A stretch of 64,000 nucleotides of DNA from Octopus sinensis (lineage: Eukaryota). Shown piece by piece: positions 1 to 12,274 of the stretch. The notes beneath the pieces are model-generated. The model did no database searches. It was not told the DNA's origin and worked only from the letters and a program-made list of their open reading frames with translations. Position 1 is the first letter of the stretch. Each line of letters opens with the position of its first letter. The stretch spans positions 6,634,001 through 6,698,000 of the forward strand of contig NC_042998.1 in assembly GCF_006345805.1 (NCBI RefSeq). The letters are read 5' to 3'. The position numbers were made by a program, and so were the translations under genes.

Positions 1-439
1 GTCATATCGAAATCCAACGTTCTACATTCCAAGGTTCGAAACCCAAGGTCGAACAACGAATTGAAAGATAAATTTTATGACATTCCAAGGTTCGAATCTC
101 AAGGTTGAACACCTAACTGATAGACAGTCGAAATCCAACGTTCGAAAACCGAATGTTTACAAAACTGGAAATCTAGATTTTATGAAATCCAAAATTTTTG
201 GAAAGCTACTTTTGAAAAACCAAGATATGGAGTCCGAACTTCTGAACTGTGTATATATGTTACCCTTGTAGCTTTTGATTGCACGTTTGGTGTATTCTTG
301 GCTGTTTGTTTGTATATATTTGTTGTAAGCTGTTTTTATGTTGACGATTAATAATAGTTTTACCAAAAAATTCATGGTGTGGCGTTGTTTTAAATTCATC
401 CTATCCACGTTGATTCTGTGAATTCGGGTTATGACCACC

Positions 440-1295
440 AGGTCGTAACATGGCGCACTTAATTAAGCAAAATTCATCCTTTGCCGGGGCTCAGTGCGCT
501 ACTATGTCACAAACTTCCGTTGCCAAACTTTTATTTAAACATACTACTGCTAAACTACGCTATTTGGAGCACTAACGTTTTAGTTCTTGTCAAGTCCAAT
601 GTTTAAAATTGTGCACCCAAATCCATTCTTAGACACTGTTCATTCCTAGACGGGGATCACTGCATTTCCGCGTTGAAAAACACTTCAAGGTTTTGAAACC
701 CACTTACTAACTGCTGTACCGTAAATCCCTTGAAACTTCGACGATGAAAATACTGCGTTTTTTGTTTACTGCATTCAAAGTGGACCGAAGTCAGGGCGAT
801 ATTTGAACTCAGTTAATGCAGTCATCCCATGTACCGATTTACATTGCACCTAGCTCGATACACTGTGTATGGAATCAACAAAACATTGCAGTACTTTTTT
901 TTTTGCTGATTCCAAAAGGAGGTCAAGCAGTCAGTCCGACGGGGACAACTAACCATCTATTATTGGTGTCACCTGTATCCCCATTCAACTACTGGCGTAC
1001 CGTTACTCGGCTACGCAAAGCAGCTTCACAAGCCACTGCTCGAGCGTCCGGGAGTGAAGACCAGCGCTCTGATCGCAGGTCTCGAAATACTGCCACAACG
1101 GCTGCCACCCGTGCTGCTGAAATGGAAGAACAGCCGTAGCCTGCGTCTACTTCGAAACGCCAAAGCGACTGCTGCTGCTGCCCGGGCTAATGCGACGGAA
1201 GGTCAACGAGCAATGCCGAAGCCGATGAAGAAAGACAAAGCCGCCTTGCAAATATTTACTACTTTGAGCTGTGCAACGCTGGGTATTATTGCTAG
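440..1295. other. CpG-rich island-like segment (promoter-like or interior of a Helitron/HINE-like element)
   Basis: CpG density is visibly higher than in the flanks. YY1-like AACATGGCG at 447-455 and ETS-like ACTTCCG at 513-519. The right end read on the minus strand (CTAGcaataataCCCAGCGTTGCacag, from 1295) matches the 5' end motif of the HINE-like element at 12966. Confidence 0.4.
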
Positions 1296-1422
1296 TATAT
1301 ATATATATATATATAACTTACTTGGAAGTGGATGCGTGGCGTTCGATCATATAATAACAAATTAATAAGTTAAACTTATGCATACATAAGTACATACCTA
1401 CGTCTATATGTATATATACATG

Positions 1423-1562
1423 CATATATGGGTATAGGACACCAAAAAACGTAGAACACATCGAGAAACGAAAACATGAAAACAAAAACATGGAAACGGA
1501 CTTTTTCAAACAACGAAAAAACAGAGTACAAGACATACAACCCAAGGAACATTCCCCTTCTA
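1423..1562. repeat. Interspersed repeat fragment, second copy at ~56395-56580
   Basis: atatgggtataggacaccaaaaaacgtagaacac...aaggaacattccccttct aligns by eye with atatgggtacaggacaccaaaaaaacgtcgaacac...aaggaaaattccccttct. Confidence 0.75.
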
Positions 1563-1633
1563 TATACATACATACATACATACGTGCGTAGGTACGTACG
1601 TACGTACGTATGTATGTATATATATGTGTGTGT

Positions 1634-1714
<81 letters not shown>
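1560..1714. repeat. Compound microsatellite (TACA/TACG/TG/TC/TA)
   Basis: Directly visible simple repeats. Confidence 0.95.
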
Positions 1715-1716
<2 letters not shown>

Positions 1717-1790
1717 CCCCAGTGTGGCTGTAATGGTTAATATAGGGCGTTACGATTATCCGAAAATCAAAAAAAAAATGTGTGTAATAG

Positions 1791-2040
1791 GTGTAAAACA
1801 ACTTCCTATGAACGAATATGAAAAAAAAAATTCGCGCACGCGAAAGGGGGGTGGGGGAGAGGCCTCGGAAAATTCACATCGGGAAGTTCCGAAAGCGTCT
1901 GAGGAGCTGACCCGGGCACCAAAACAAAAAAAAAATAGTGTAAAACAACTTGCTCTAAACGAATATGACAAAAAAAAAATGCGCTCTCGCGAAAGAGGGG
2001 TGGGGGAGAGGCCTCGGAAAATTTATATCGGGAATTTCCG
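1791..2040. repeat. Two ~100-bp direct repeats (1791-1891, 1938-2040)
   Basis: gtgtaaaacaactt...gaacgaatatga...ggggagaggcctcggaaaatt...atcgggaa..ttccg occurs twice. Confidence 0.85.
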
Positions 2041-2169
2041 ATTAATTTATATCATAAAATTTCCGAATTTTATGACTGAAATAAGTAAAAGATGTGTGTG
2101 TGTGTGTGTACATGTGTGGTGTATCTGTACATGCATATTTGTGCATATGTATGTTTATGTGTGAACCAT

Positions 2170-2560
2170 GTGGCCATATACTCCTTTCCATGGTTGAGTA
2201 TGCCAACCATCTGAAGTTCTATGAAAAAATCAACTGTAAGCAATGCCCTTTATTCTAGACCAAGTGATTTGACATGTGTAGTGTGTGAAAGGGCTTGTAA
2301 GTCCATTTTATGTCTGAAGAGATAAATGGCAGTTCACAGGGATAATTTCACATAAAGGCGATCCAATAAATCCAGTGGAAGTTACAACTTTCGTCGGTCA
2401 CTTATCCTGCGAAACATGCAGATCTGCAGTGGGAGTGAATGGTCATCTGAGAGGTCATTGATGGAATATCAGAATTACCATTGACAATGGGGAAGCTCAG
2501 TGTGACGGCATCATGTGTGAAGACCGAGCAATCACTACGTATGTATGTATGTATGTATGC
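2170..2560 (+). mobile_element. Degenerate LINE 3' end with two C2H2-like zinc fingers and a (TATG)n tail
   Basis: Translates to LTCVVCERACKSILCLKR*MAVH and LSCETCRSAVGVNGHLRGH*, resembling C-terminal zinc fingers of RTE-type ORF2. There are no TGEKP linkers, and tatgtatgtatg follows. Confidence 0.5.
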
Positions 2561-3184
2561 ATGCATGTACATGTATCTATGCACTTAGATATGTATGCCT
2601 TATGTGTGTGTGTCTGTGTGTGAAAGCTGTTTAAGAAACTATGTTAGGAGATGTGACTCCATATCAAGATCAGGAGGTGAAATGACATCCTTAAGCAATA
2701 TCTTGTTACGCAATAAAACAACACACAAGAAACCTGCTTTCTTAGATGTTGATCAATTGGATCAGTGAGTGGTTTGCCAGACAGCATTTTACTTGATGTT
2801 TGAAAATCAAGATTTGTTTCTAAAGTTACTTGCACACATGGAGCCAAAAAAAGATCTGAATATTTTTATAAAGTCACGCCATCCTTTGCAGTGTTTCAAC
2901 ATAGACTAATATAAGAAAGAAATGTAGTTACACAGATCTTAGTGAAAAACATAATATAGATGCTGTAAATATCTCAGTAGCTGAAATACACTTCATTGAA
3001 AAAAAAAAAAAAAATGCTCTAATCTGTTGGAGCAAACTGAAACCATGGAAACATATAAACAATACCTTACTTCTTGATATGCCAGATTTGGCTGAATCAG
3101 TGCTGAAAATATAGAAGTGTTTGGTTTTTTGGATTTAGTTTGCAAAATTCTTTATGTGAGTTCGTGTGTTGAAGTATAATTCCA

Positions 3185-3330
3185 TTGTGTCTGGAAAGAG
3201 TCATTTTCTTATTGTGCCTTATAATATAACACACTCACCGGTAAATAAAAATAAGAAATAAGTGGAAATTTTACTGGTGAGTGTTTTACATTATAAAGCA
3301 CAAAAAGAAAATGACTCTCCCCAGACACAA
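3185..3330. repeat. Fold-back palindrome (~60-bp arms)
   Basis: ttgtgtctggaaagagtcattttctt...acactcaccggtaaa is the reverse complement of tttactggtgagtgtt...aagaaaatgactctccccagacacaa. Confidence 0.85.
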
Positions 3331-3757
3331 CAGAATATAGAAGTGCAAAATTTGAAATTTAATATAGTGTATAAACAGCAGGTTTTGACAGTATCCATTT
3401 TGTAAATAGCAATAGAATAGGAAACGTTATGTGGTTCACTCCTCCTTATTATATTAAGGTTGCTATACATATCACCAAAAATTTAGAAAACATTTTTTCC
3501 GGTAAATAATTACTATAAAATATTCAACCAAAAATACCATCACAAATTCCTATTTGACTACTATTAATCTTGACCAGAATTTAACCACATTTAATATCAA
3601 CAAATGGAGTAAAACATTGATTTAATATCCAGTTACAGTGAAGGAAGTGTACTTAAAATGCTTCTGTCATATTGAAGAAAATAGATGAGTCTCATAAAAC
3701 ATGTTATTGCTTTGGATTTTTGAGATAAGTTTGTTGATGTCTTAAAGAAATCAAAAT

Positions 3758-4164
3758 AGGCGCAGGAGTGGCTATGTGGTAAGTAGCTTGCTAACCAACC
3801 ACATGGTTCCGGGTTCAGTCCCACTGCGTGGCATCTTGGACAAGTGTCTTCTGCTATAGCCCCGGGCCAACCAATGCCTTGTGAGTGGATTTGGTAGACG
3901 GAAACTGAAAGAAGCCTGTCGTATATATGTATATATATGTGTATATGTGTGTGTTTGTGTGTCTGTGTTTGTCCCCCTAGCATTACTTGACAACCGGTGC
4001 TGGTGTGTTTATGTCCCCGTCACTTAGCGGTTCGGCAAAAGAGACCGATAGAATAAGTACTGGACTTACAAAAGAATAAGTCCCGGGGTCGAGTTGCTCG
4101 ATTAAAGGCGGTGCTCCAGCATGGCCGCAGTCAAATGACTGAAACAAATAAAAGAGTAAAAGAG
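3758..4164 (+). mobile_element. tRNA-derived SINE, family A (full length)
   Basis: Head ggcgcaggagTGGCTATGTGG (A-box-like) and GGTTCAGTCCC (B-box-like), internal TA/TG microsatellite, tail agtaaaagag. About 20 related copies in the window. Confidence 0.9.
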
Positions 4165-4451
4165 ATATATTTGTTATTATAAATCAACTGATAAGAAAAC
4201 TTAATCTGCTTTTGTATGAGTTAATTTTTCCTGCATGTAGGAAGAAGTGTAAGCATCTTTTTCAGGGATAACTGCTGTGGTATTAATGACTTGATAATGA
4301 AAAAGGGATGATTTTTTTTTAAACAATAAACAGCATTCATATAAATAACTGCTTTGGACTTGGTCCACATGGAGTAAATAATATTAGCAGACAACATAAT
4401 TCAGTGTTTTTGAGACTCAAAGATAATTCTTATATTATATTATACTTGTGC

Positions 4452-4690
4452 TGGCGGCGTGCTGGCAGACTTGTTAGCGCGCCGGGCGAAATGCTTAGCG
4501 GTATTTCATCTGTCGTTATGTTCTGAGTTCAAATTTCGCCGAGGTCGTCTTTGCCTTTCATCCTTTCGGGGTCGATAAATAAAGTACCAGTTTTGCACTG
4601 GGGGGAGGGGTCGATGTAATCGACTTAATCCGTTAGTTTGTCCTTCTTTGTCCCCTCTATGTTTAGCCCCTTGTGGGCAATAAAGAAATA
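4452..4690 (+). mobile_element. tRNA-derived SINE, family B (Nin/Deu-like core) with 16-bp TSD
   Basis: A-box-like TGGCAGA, B-box GAGTTCAAATT, core gcctttcatcctttcggggtcgataaa. TSD tatattatacttgtgc at 4436-4451 and 4691-4706. Confidence 0.9.
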
Positions 4691-4864
4691 TATATTATAC
4701 TTGTGCCACAGTCGGTTTTGCATTGCCCAAATATGTTTGGTTACTTATCCTCTCATTTAACTTTTCTAATATCAGGAATTGAAATTGATTTTGCATTAGC
4801 ATCCTTCAAGATGATTCCAAATGAAATTTTCTCATTGATTAATTACAGAAATACCTGCACAAGT

Positions 4865-5390
4865 ATTGAGTGATCCCATAAATAATGCAGTTTTTTCAAT
4901 TGCATGAACTAAAAGTTGGAGGGGAACAAGATGAACTACCTGCATCAACTTGCTATAAAAGCAGGTAGTAATTTTACCATGTCCTTATTCTTAGTGAAAG
5001 TTTTGATGAGTGCAGTTTGATCTTAATAGTTAATTATTCAAAGCTATAATGGACATAGCACAGGAACATATTCGGCATATTTTGCTTTATCAGTTCAATA
5101 AAAGCAACAACGCAATGGAAAGTGCAAGGAATATTAATGCAGTATATGGGAACCAGACAATAAGCATAAACCAGTGTCAATGGTGGTTTCAGAAATTCTG
5201 AGCAGGAAACTATGGCCTAAAAGACAAGCCTCATATTGAAAGAGTTGTAGATCTCAAAGAGGATGTCCTGCAAACCCTGGTGGAATAAAATCCTATCGGA
5301 ACTAGCAGAGAAGCTTGAATTTGGTCATTCAACCATTCATTGACGCCTACATACCATCAGAAAAGTCAACAAATTGGTACAATGGACAAT
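4865..5390 (+). mobile_element. Mariner transposon remnant (N-terminal HTH region of the transposase)
   Basis: From ATG at 5049: MDIAQEHIRHILLYQFNKSNNAMESARNINAVYGNQTISINQCQWWFQKF*AGNYGLKDKPH...EKLEFGHSTIH*RLHTIRKVNKLVQW, a Mos1/SETMAR-like HTH with stops. Truncated next to the palindrome at 5402. Confidence 0.85.
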
Positions 5391-5465
5391 AAAAACCAAG
5401 GTAGATTAAGGTGAATTTGAGGTAATTAAATAATTAATTAGTTATTTAGTTAATTAATCATTGGA

Positions 5466-5543
5466 TATCTTACAGCTATTTCTGGGATATCCCAGGTGAT
5501 AAGATAGCATCTCCATACACTGGGTATTCCATCATCAGAGACA
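5466..5543 (-). ncRNA. Minimal type I hammerhead ribozyme (core intact)
   Basis: Minus strand: TGTCT-CTGATGA-TGGAATACCCAG...CTGGGATATCCCA-GAAA-TAGCTG-TA|AGATA. Stem I TGTCT/AGATA, stem II pairs, short near-palindromic stem III, GUA cleavage triplet. Confidence 0.75.
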
Positions 5544-5903
5544 AAGTGAGTTTGTATGAAAGTTCTAGACAGGGAATTCAGTTTATAAAGGAATAAAATA
5601 GTAGATAGAAGAATAAAGAATAAAATAGTAGATGAAATAATATGGACAGGAGAATGAAGTTCACAGCTCATCTTCTTCCAGAGGGTATGGAAGTTGGTCT
5701 GTACTTCACGGAAATATGGACGAACCTCCATAATCTCTGGAAAAAGATGAGCTGTGAACTTCATTCTCCTGTCCGTATTATTCCACCTACGATTTTATTC
5801 TTTATTCTTCTATCTACTATTTTACTCTTTATTCTTCAATCTACTATTTTATTCCTTTATAAACTGTGAATTCCCTGCCTAGAACTTGCATACAAACTCA
5901 CCT

Positions 5904-5981
5904 TGTCTCTGATGACAGAATACCCAGTGTATGGAGATGCTGTCTTATCATTTGGGATATCCCCAAAATAGCTGTAAGACA
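5904..5981 (+). ncRNA. Hammerhead ribozyme copy with mutated core (GAAA>AAAA)
   Basis: TGTCT-CTGATGA-CAGAATACCCAG...TTGGGATATCCCC-AAAA-TAGCTG-TA|AGACA. Confidence 0.65.
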
Positions 5982-7040
5982 TCCAGTAATTAATTAATTA
6001 AATACCTCAAATTCACCTTACTCTAATTAAATATTCTAAATGACTCGAGATATTCGTCCTGACTTGGTTTTTGTTGTCCTTTTTCTTTCAATATATACCT
6101 GCTAACTCAGAAGCCCAGTATGGATCCCTAGCTCTGGCCTCAGCTGTGAATGTGGAACCAAACGGATGACCAATTATAACACGGTGTACCTATTCATTTA
6201 GATCAGCAGTGAATTAAACCCCTCATATTCTGTCTTTCTTTCTCTCTCTCTCATTCAACTACGGTAGTAGATGAATAATATTCTGAAGGCTGCAATTTAC
6301 TCACTTGCAGCATCTTTCAGAAATTGTTGCTAATTGAGTTCTTAACCACTTTGAAAACTGTTTACATTTTTGAAGGGGACTGATTCCTAGCTTCATTTTG
6401 GCATAAAAAATTGAGATTTGATCCAGTTATAGGAAAGCCAGAAGTTCCAGTATAGCTAAATTTTTCTACAAAGTAGAATAGTATATATGGTAGGCAAATT
6501 CATTAAGTAAAAAATAGGCATTGAGTCAAGACTAAAACTGTGAAAACTTGGCAATAACTTAGGCAACAGCTCAGGCAAATTTTACTGTGAATTTGTTGTT
6601 ATAAGTAGATTTTACTGTAATATATAACTAATTTTTGTATTATTCTATATATTGTACTATGTACAACTATCATCTTTCATAACCTATTTTCAAATTTCTA
6701 ATTAATTATTAATAATAAAAAAATGAATTTTTTTTGAAGTGCAAAAAATATTTGAGCTATTTCTTTATTTTTAATAGAAGTAACAAGTAATAACAAATAG
6801 AAGTAATAATATGTAATAAAATTATTTAGTTTTAATAAAAGCTAATATTTTCTAAATATTTTATTTGAACTTTTATCCTTTGCTGCAATATTTTAAGTAA
6901 AAATTTTCTTCTTCAGTACTTTACCAGATGTAATAAGTTAATAAGTTGTCCTGAACTTTTCCAAGTGTAATAACTTGTCCTGTAATTTCCCAGGTTTTTT
7001 AAATCTTAAGAATATTATTTCTCTTGCTCACATTTTTCCA

Positions 7041-7086
<46 letters not shown>

Positions 7087-7745
7087 GCGGATAAACCAGT
7101 TTAGAAACTCTGTGAAACTAACAGAAACATGCCCTGTAACAGATATCACTTTAAACTGTGTAATTGAATGATAACTGAATTACAAATCAAATTTACGATA
7201 ATGAAAATGGCTAAAAACATGAGAACCCTCAAAGTTAAATTTGCTAAAACAGGCATCGCACAAATAAAAATAAATGGAAATAGGAAACAAGTATGAATAT
7301 TTACAGAATGCAGAAGAAATACAAGAATCGTGTAATAAAGAACAATTAGAAGTAAACTGGAACATAATTTAAACTTGCATGCAACTATTGCTAGAGAAAA
7401 CATTGCCATTTTAGACAAGGAAAAGAGGGATAATAAAAAAAAATGAATGAACAACATGAAAATCAATCAAAAAAGGGAGCAAAAATGTTAAAAAAAAAAA
7501 GAAGAGAAATACAAGAATAAAGATCAAATGAGATATATTATGTTGGTGTCCTGTCTTGAAGATGATGGAGAACATTTGTGAGAGCAGTAGTAGCAGCAGC
7601 AGTAGTAGCAGCAGCAGTAGTGGCAGTAGTAGCAGTTGTAGTAGGAAGGAGTAACTTTTGAAATGTCCCTCTCCTTCTCTTCCTGCTCTTCCTCTTCCTC
7701 CTTGCTTGCAGTTTGGATTTTTTTCTGAGAAGACAAATTCCTCTT

Positions 7746-8620
7746 GTAACTTAGTGGTTCAGCAAAAGAGACCGATAGAATAAGTACTGGGCTTGTGAGT
7801 GGATTTGGTAGACAGAAACTAAAAGAAGCCCATCATAAATATATATGTGTGTGTGTACATGTTTGTGTGTCTGTGTTTGTTCCCCCCACCATCACTTGAC
7901 AACCAATGCTTGTGTGTTTACATCTCCGTAACTTAGCAGTTCAGCAAAAGAGACCGATAGAATAAGTACTGGGCTTGTGAGTGGATTTGGTAGACAGAAA
8001 CTAAAAGAAGCCCATCATAAATATATATGTGTGTGTGTACATGTTTGTGTGTCTGTGTTTGTTCCCCCTACCATCACTTGACAACCAATGCTTGTGTGTT
8101 TACATCTCCGTAACTTAGCAGTTCAGCAAAAGAGACCGATAGAATAAGTACTGGGCTTGTGAGTGGATTTGGTAGACAGAAACTAAAAGAAGCCCATCAT
8201 AAATATATATGTGTGTGTGTACATGTTTGTGTGTCTGTGTTTGTTCCCCCCACCATCACTTGACAACCAATGCTTGTGTGTTTACATCTCCGTAACTTAG
8301 CAGTTCAGCAAAAGAGACCGATAGAATAAGTACTGGGCTTGTGAGTGGATTTGGTAGACAGAAACTAAAAGAAGCCCATCATAAATATATATGTGTGTGT
8401 GTGTACATGTTTGTGTGTCTGTGTTTGTTCCCCCCACCATCACTTGACAACCAATGCTTGTGTGTTTACATCTCCGTAACTTAGCAGTTCAGCAAAAGAG
8501 ACCGATAGAATAAGTACTAGGCTTACAAAGAATAAGTCCTGGGGTCTATTTGCTCGACTAAAGGTGGTGCTCCTGTATGGCCACAATCAAAATGACTGAA
8601 ATGAGTAAAAGAGTAAGAGA
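7746..8620 (+). repeat. Tandem array of four ~182-bp SINE-A-derived units ending in a SINE-A 3' end
   Basis: agcaaaagagaccgatagaataagtact recurs at 7761, 7943, 8125, 8307 and 8491 with near-identical intervening sequence. Confidence 0.95.
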
Positions 8621-8844
8621 TACAGGTACAAATTAATACAATTCTAAAGCAGTGTAAATTTTAATCATTATCAAACTACTTAAAAAGGTTCAGAACAAAA
8701 CTATTTTTAAAACCCCATATGCAAATTAACCAGCTTCAAAAATAGGTTCTCTTTACTCCAGTACAGCAAATTGAATGGTACTACATAGTTTTTCTAGATT
8801 TCTGGAAGCTGGGGAAAAAAAAAACAAAACATCTGGTACTGTAT

Positions 8845-9009
8845 AGGCGCAGGAGTGGCTGTGTGGTAAATAGCTTGCTAACCAACCACATGGTTCCGGG
8901 TTCAGTCCCACTGCGTGGCATCTTGGGCAAGTGTCTTCTGCTATAGCCCCGGGCCGACCAAAAGCCTTGTGAGTGGATTTGGTAGACGAAAACTGAAAGA
9001 AGCCTGTCG

Positions 9010-9044
<35 letters not shown>

Positions 9045-9256
9045 CTGTGTTTGTTCCCCTAGCATTGCTTGACAACCGATGCTGGTGTGTTTACGGTCCC
9101 CGTCACTTAGCAGTTTGGCAAAAAGAGACCGATAGAATAAGTACTGGGCTTACAAAAGAATAAGTCCCGGGGTCGAGTTGCTCGACTAAAGGCGGTGCTC
9201 CAGCATGGCCGCAGTCAAATGACTGAAACAAGTAAAAGAGTAAAAGAGAGAAAGAG
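8845..9256 (+). mobile_element. SINE family A (full length, young)
   Basis: Near-identical to 3758-4164, with CpGs retained. Confidence 0.9.
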
Positions 9257-9541
9257 TATTCCTTTATGATTTATCTATTCGAAGAATTTCACTTTGATCT
9301 GAAATTTGGGCATCCAATGCTCAGTAATGAAATTAACCATGCCATTTCATCAGGTCTGAGAATGTGTTCTCTTCTTTTAGACATTGTGTACTGAGATATG
9401 AAAGCTTTTCATGAAAGTCTCTGGAATCATTAATAGAAACATTCTTGCCTCTGATTGGCGTTGGATTGACAAACAGTCGGTCTGTTTCACTTCAGAAATC
9501 AATATTCAACATGCGCGTGTGTGTATGTATGTGTGCATGTG

Positions 9542-9900
<359 letters not shown>

Positions 9901-10076
9901 GATAATAATATCTCTATGAATATTCATTTGAAAATTTACTCTATATATATATATACACGCACACACACACACACGCGCGCGTGCGCACACATATATTTCT
10001 AATACAAAGCAAATAATTCAGCAGAAAATATTTGCGAAGATACCATTAACTCAATTATTATCTGGAATAAAATATT

Positions 10077-10279
10077 TTTCTTTATTGCCCACAAGGGGCT
10101 AAACATAGAAGGGACAAACAAGGACAGACAAAGGGATTAAGTCGATTACATCGACCCCAGTGCGAAACTGGTACTTTATCGACCCCAAAAGGATGAAAGG
10201 CCAAGTCGACCTCGGCGGAATTTGAACTCAGAACGTAACGACAGACGAAATACCGCTAAGCAGTTCGCCCGGCGTGCTA
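10077..10279 (-). mobile_element. SINE family B
   Basis: Reverse complement of the 4452-4690 family (tttctttattgcccacaagggg...gaatttgaactcagaacg). Confidence 0.9.
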
Positions 10280-11169
10280 GAATTAATAATGTAGGTGATT
10301 CCAGACCCCAAAAAGCATTAAATAGCTGAAGGACTAAAATTTATATTAATCAAAGGATTTTTTCTGCCAGTCCAGAAACCAGTCCCCATGAGTCCAAATG
10401 CTAGAAAATATATAGCTGAATGTTATATTGATATGTTAAATGATTTTCTTAACCTGTATGCTCATAGACGGTTGATTTCTGTAGTTATTGTCAGTGTTTT
10501 AAGAGATTTGACTGTTATTTCCAGCAGGTAGACATACTCCATATGTCCTTTGATTACTATATATACATATATATACTGTGTATGTATACATATATATATA
10601 TGTTTTTGTGTAATATATATATATATATATTACACAAAAACAGTTAAAGCTAAGGCTGTGAGGAATTATATATATATATATAATAATATATATATATATA
10701 TATATATATTATTGAAATAGTTCATTTATTATCTGATTTGCAAATACATATATACATACATACACACACACACACATCTATATATATATATATGTTCATA
10801 GATTTTTAATGACACTGAGTAAGACAGAAGCCAGAAAAAGTGAGAGAGAGAGGAAGAAAGAGGAAACGTCAAAATATTCACGAGAGAATTGACTTTTACA
10901 TTTCTTTGAAATAGTCTTTTGTGTCATATATACACTGCTTCTAGCGATTGTTGGAGATTTCACCAACGCTAAAAAAGTGTCACCAATGCTTTAAAACTAA
11001 GATAACAAGAAGGAAGAGGCAAAGCATTTGAAGATTTGGTTCAGGTTAAGGGTGTGGCGCAGCTGGTAAAAGTTCTGAAAGAGGGGAAACAATTGATGTT
11101 GCTTCACTTTGTCAACTGTTTCTTTACTTGTTTCCATGGCTGTTTGCTCAATGCCTTTGTCATTCACTT

Positions 11170-11227
11170 GAATATATATATATATATATATATATACATA
11201 CATATACATATACATACATATACATAC

Positions 11228-11261
<34 letters not shown>

Positions 11262-11475
11262 ATACATACATGCATATATATATACATATATATATACATA
11301 TATATATTCAGACATACATACATATATACATACATATATATATACACATATATATATATACATACATATGTATATACGTACATATATACTTACATACATA
11401 CATATATATATATATATATAATATATATATATACACACACATACATATACGTACATACATACATATGTGTGTGTG
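11170..11475. repeat. TA/TACA microsatellite
   Basis: Directly visible. Confidence 0.95.
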
Positions 11476-11884
11476 TGATGGATTATTATGCATTCTTGTC
11501 GATCTTGTCAGTTGGTTTGTAATAAATAACTGTTGCAGAATATATAAATATTGAACGATGAGGACATTTTCTCTCAGCTTTTTGCGATAAACTTCCTTTT
11601 TCTATCAGCTGATTTCTCTGACATAACCATATTTATTTTTAAGCTTTTAACAGATAAGTAGTCCATGGGCTTCTGGATGAAAGTGAAATATATATAATGG
11701 TATTTCTATTTTACCCTTGAAAACACAACGCCAAGCCATGAACCTTAATTTCTCTCCCTTCCCCCCACTCTCTCTTTCTTCCAGTTTTATCATATTCCTA
11801 AATGTTGATATTCTAAATTGAGAAGGCTTTGAATTTGAAAACTTGACCGCTTATTTGTACCAAATTTAAACAACCATAATCCAT

Positions 11885-12240
11885 ACTAGAATCATCATCA
11901 TCATGTTCATCGTCATTTAATGTCCATTCTCCATGCTGGCATGGGTTGGACAGTTTGACCGGAGCTGGCCAGCTGGAGAACTGCCAGGGCTCCATTTTGT
12001 CTGTCTTGGTAGGATTTCTATGGTTGGATGCCCCTCGTAAAGCCAACCACTTTACAGAGTATATTGCATGCTTTTAACAAGGCATCAGCACCCACAAGTC
12101 CACAAAACTAGTGCCAATCAATTGAGAGAAGGATGTAGAGGACGTCCTTGTATGTATGGATGGCCATGATTTTACTAAGCTGGACATGTTTTCTCAAGCA
12201 CAGCAAACCACCAGAAGTCACAGCAAACCACCAGAAGTCT
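11885..12240 (-). mobile_element. RTE LINE 3' tail fragment (old)
   Basis: catcatcatc tail followed by ccatgctggcatgggttggacagtttgac...gatgccc, the shared RTE 3' end. Confidence 0.75.
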
Positions 12241-12274
12241 GAGGCCCAAAGTTTGAAGGTCCTTTCTCACCATT

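Larger units (their letters stand above)
5402..6025. repeat. ~620-bp near-perfect palindrome (inverted Penelope-like terminal repeat)
   Basis: The left arm (5402-5707) is the reverse complement of the right arm (5711-6025), with loop acg at 5708-5710. The ORF track shows the same peptide (MKFTAHL) on both strands. Confidence 0.95.

Noticed and set aside
1-150. Short repeated motifs gaaatccaacgttc and attccaaggttcgaa
   Set aside because: Probably subterminal repeats of an element extending outside the window; cannot be classified from what is visible.
2645-2763. Plus-strand gtgagt donor after MTSLSNILLRNKTTHKKPAFLDVDQLD
   Set aside because: No convincing polypyrimidine acceptor and no recognisable homology.
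3071-3102. Apparent minus-strand 32-nt exon with good splice sites
   Set aside because: It lies within or adjacent to the palindromic repeat element at 3.1-3.3 kb, and the peptide is uninformative, so the sites are probably repeat-borne.
9290-9365. CTGATGA...GAAA on the minus strand
   Set aside because: No stem II or stem I complementarity; chance match.
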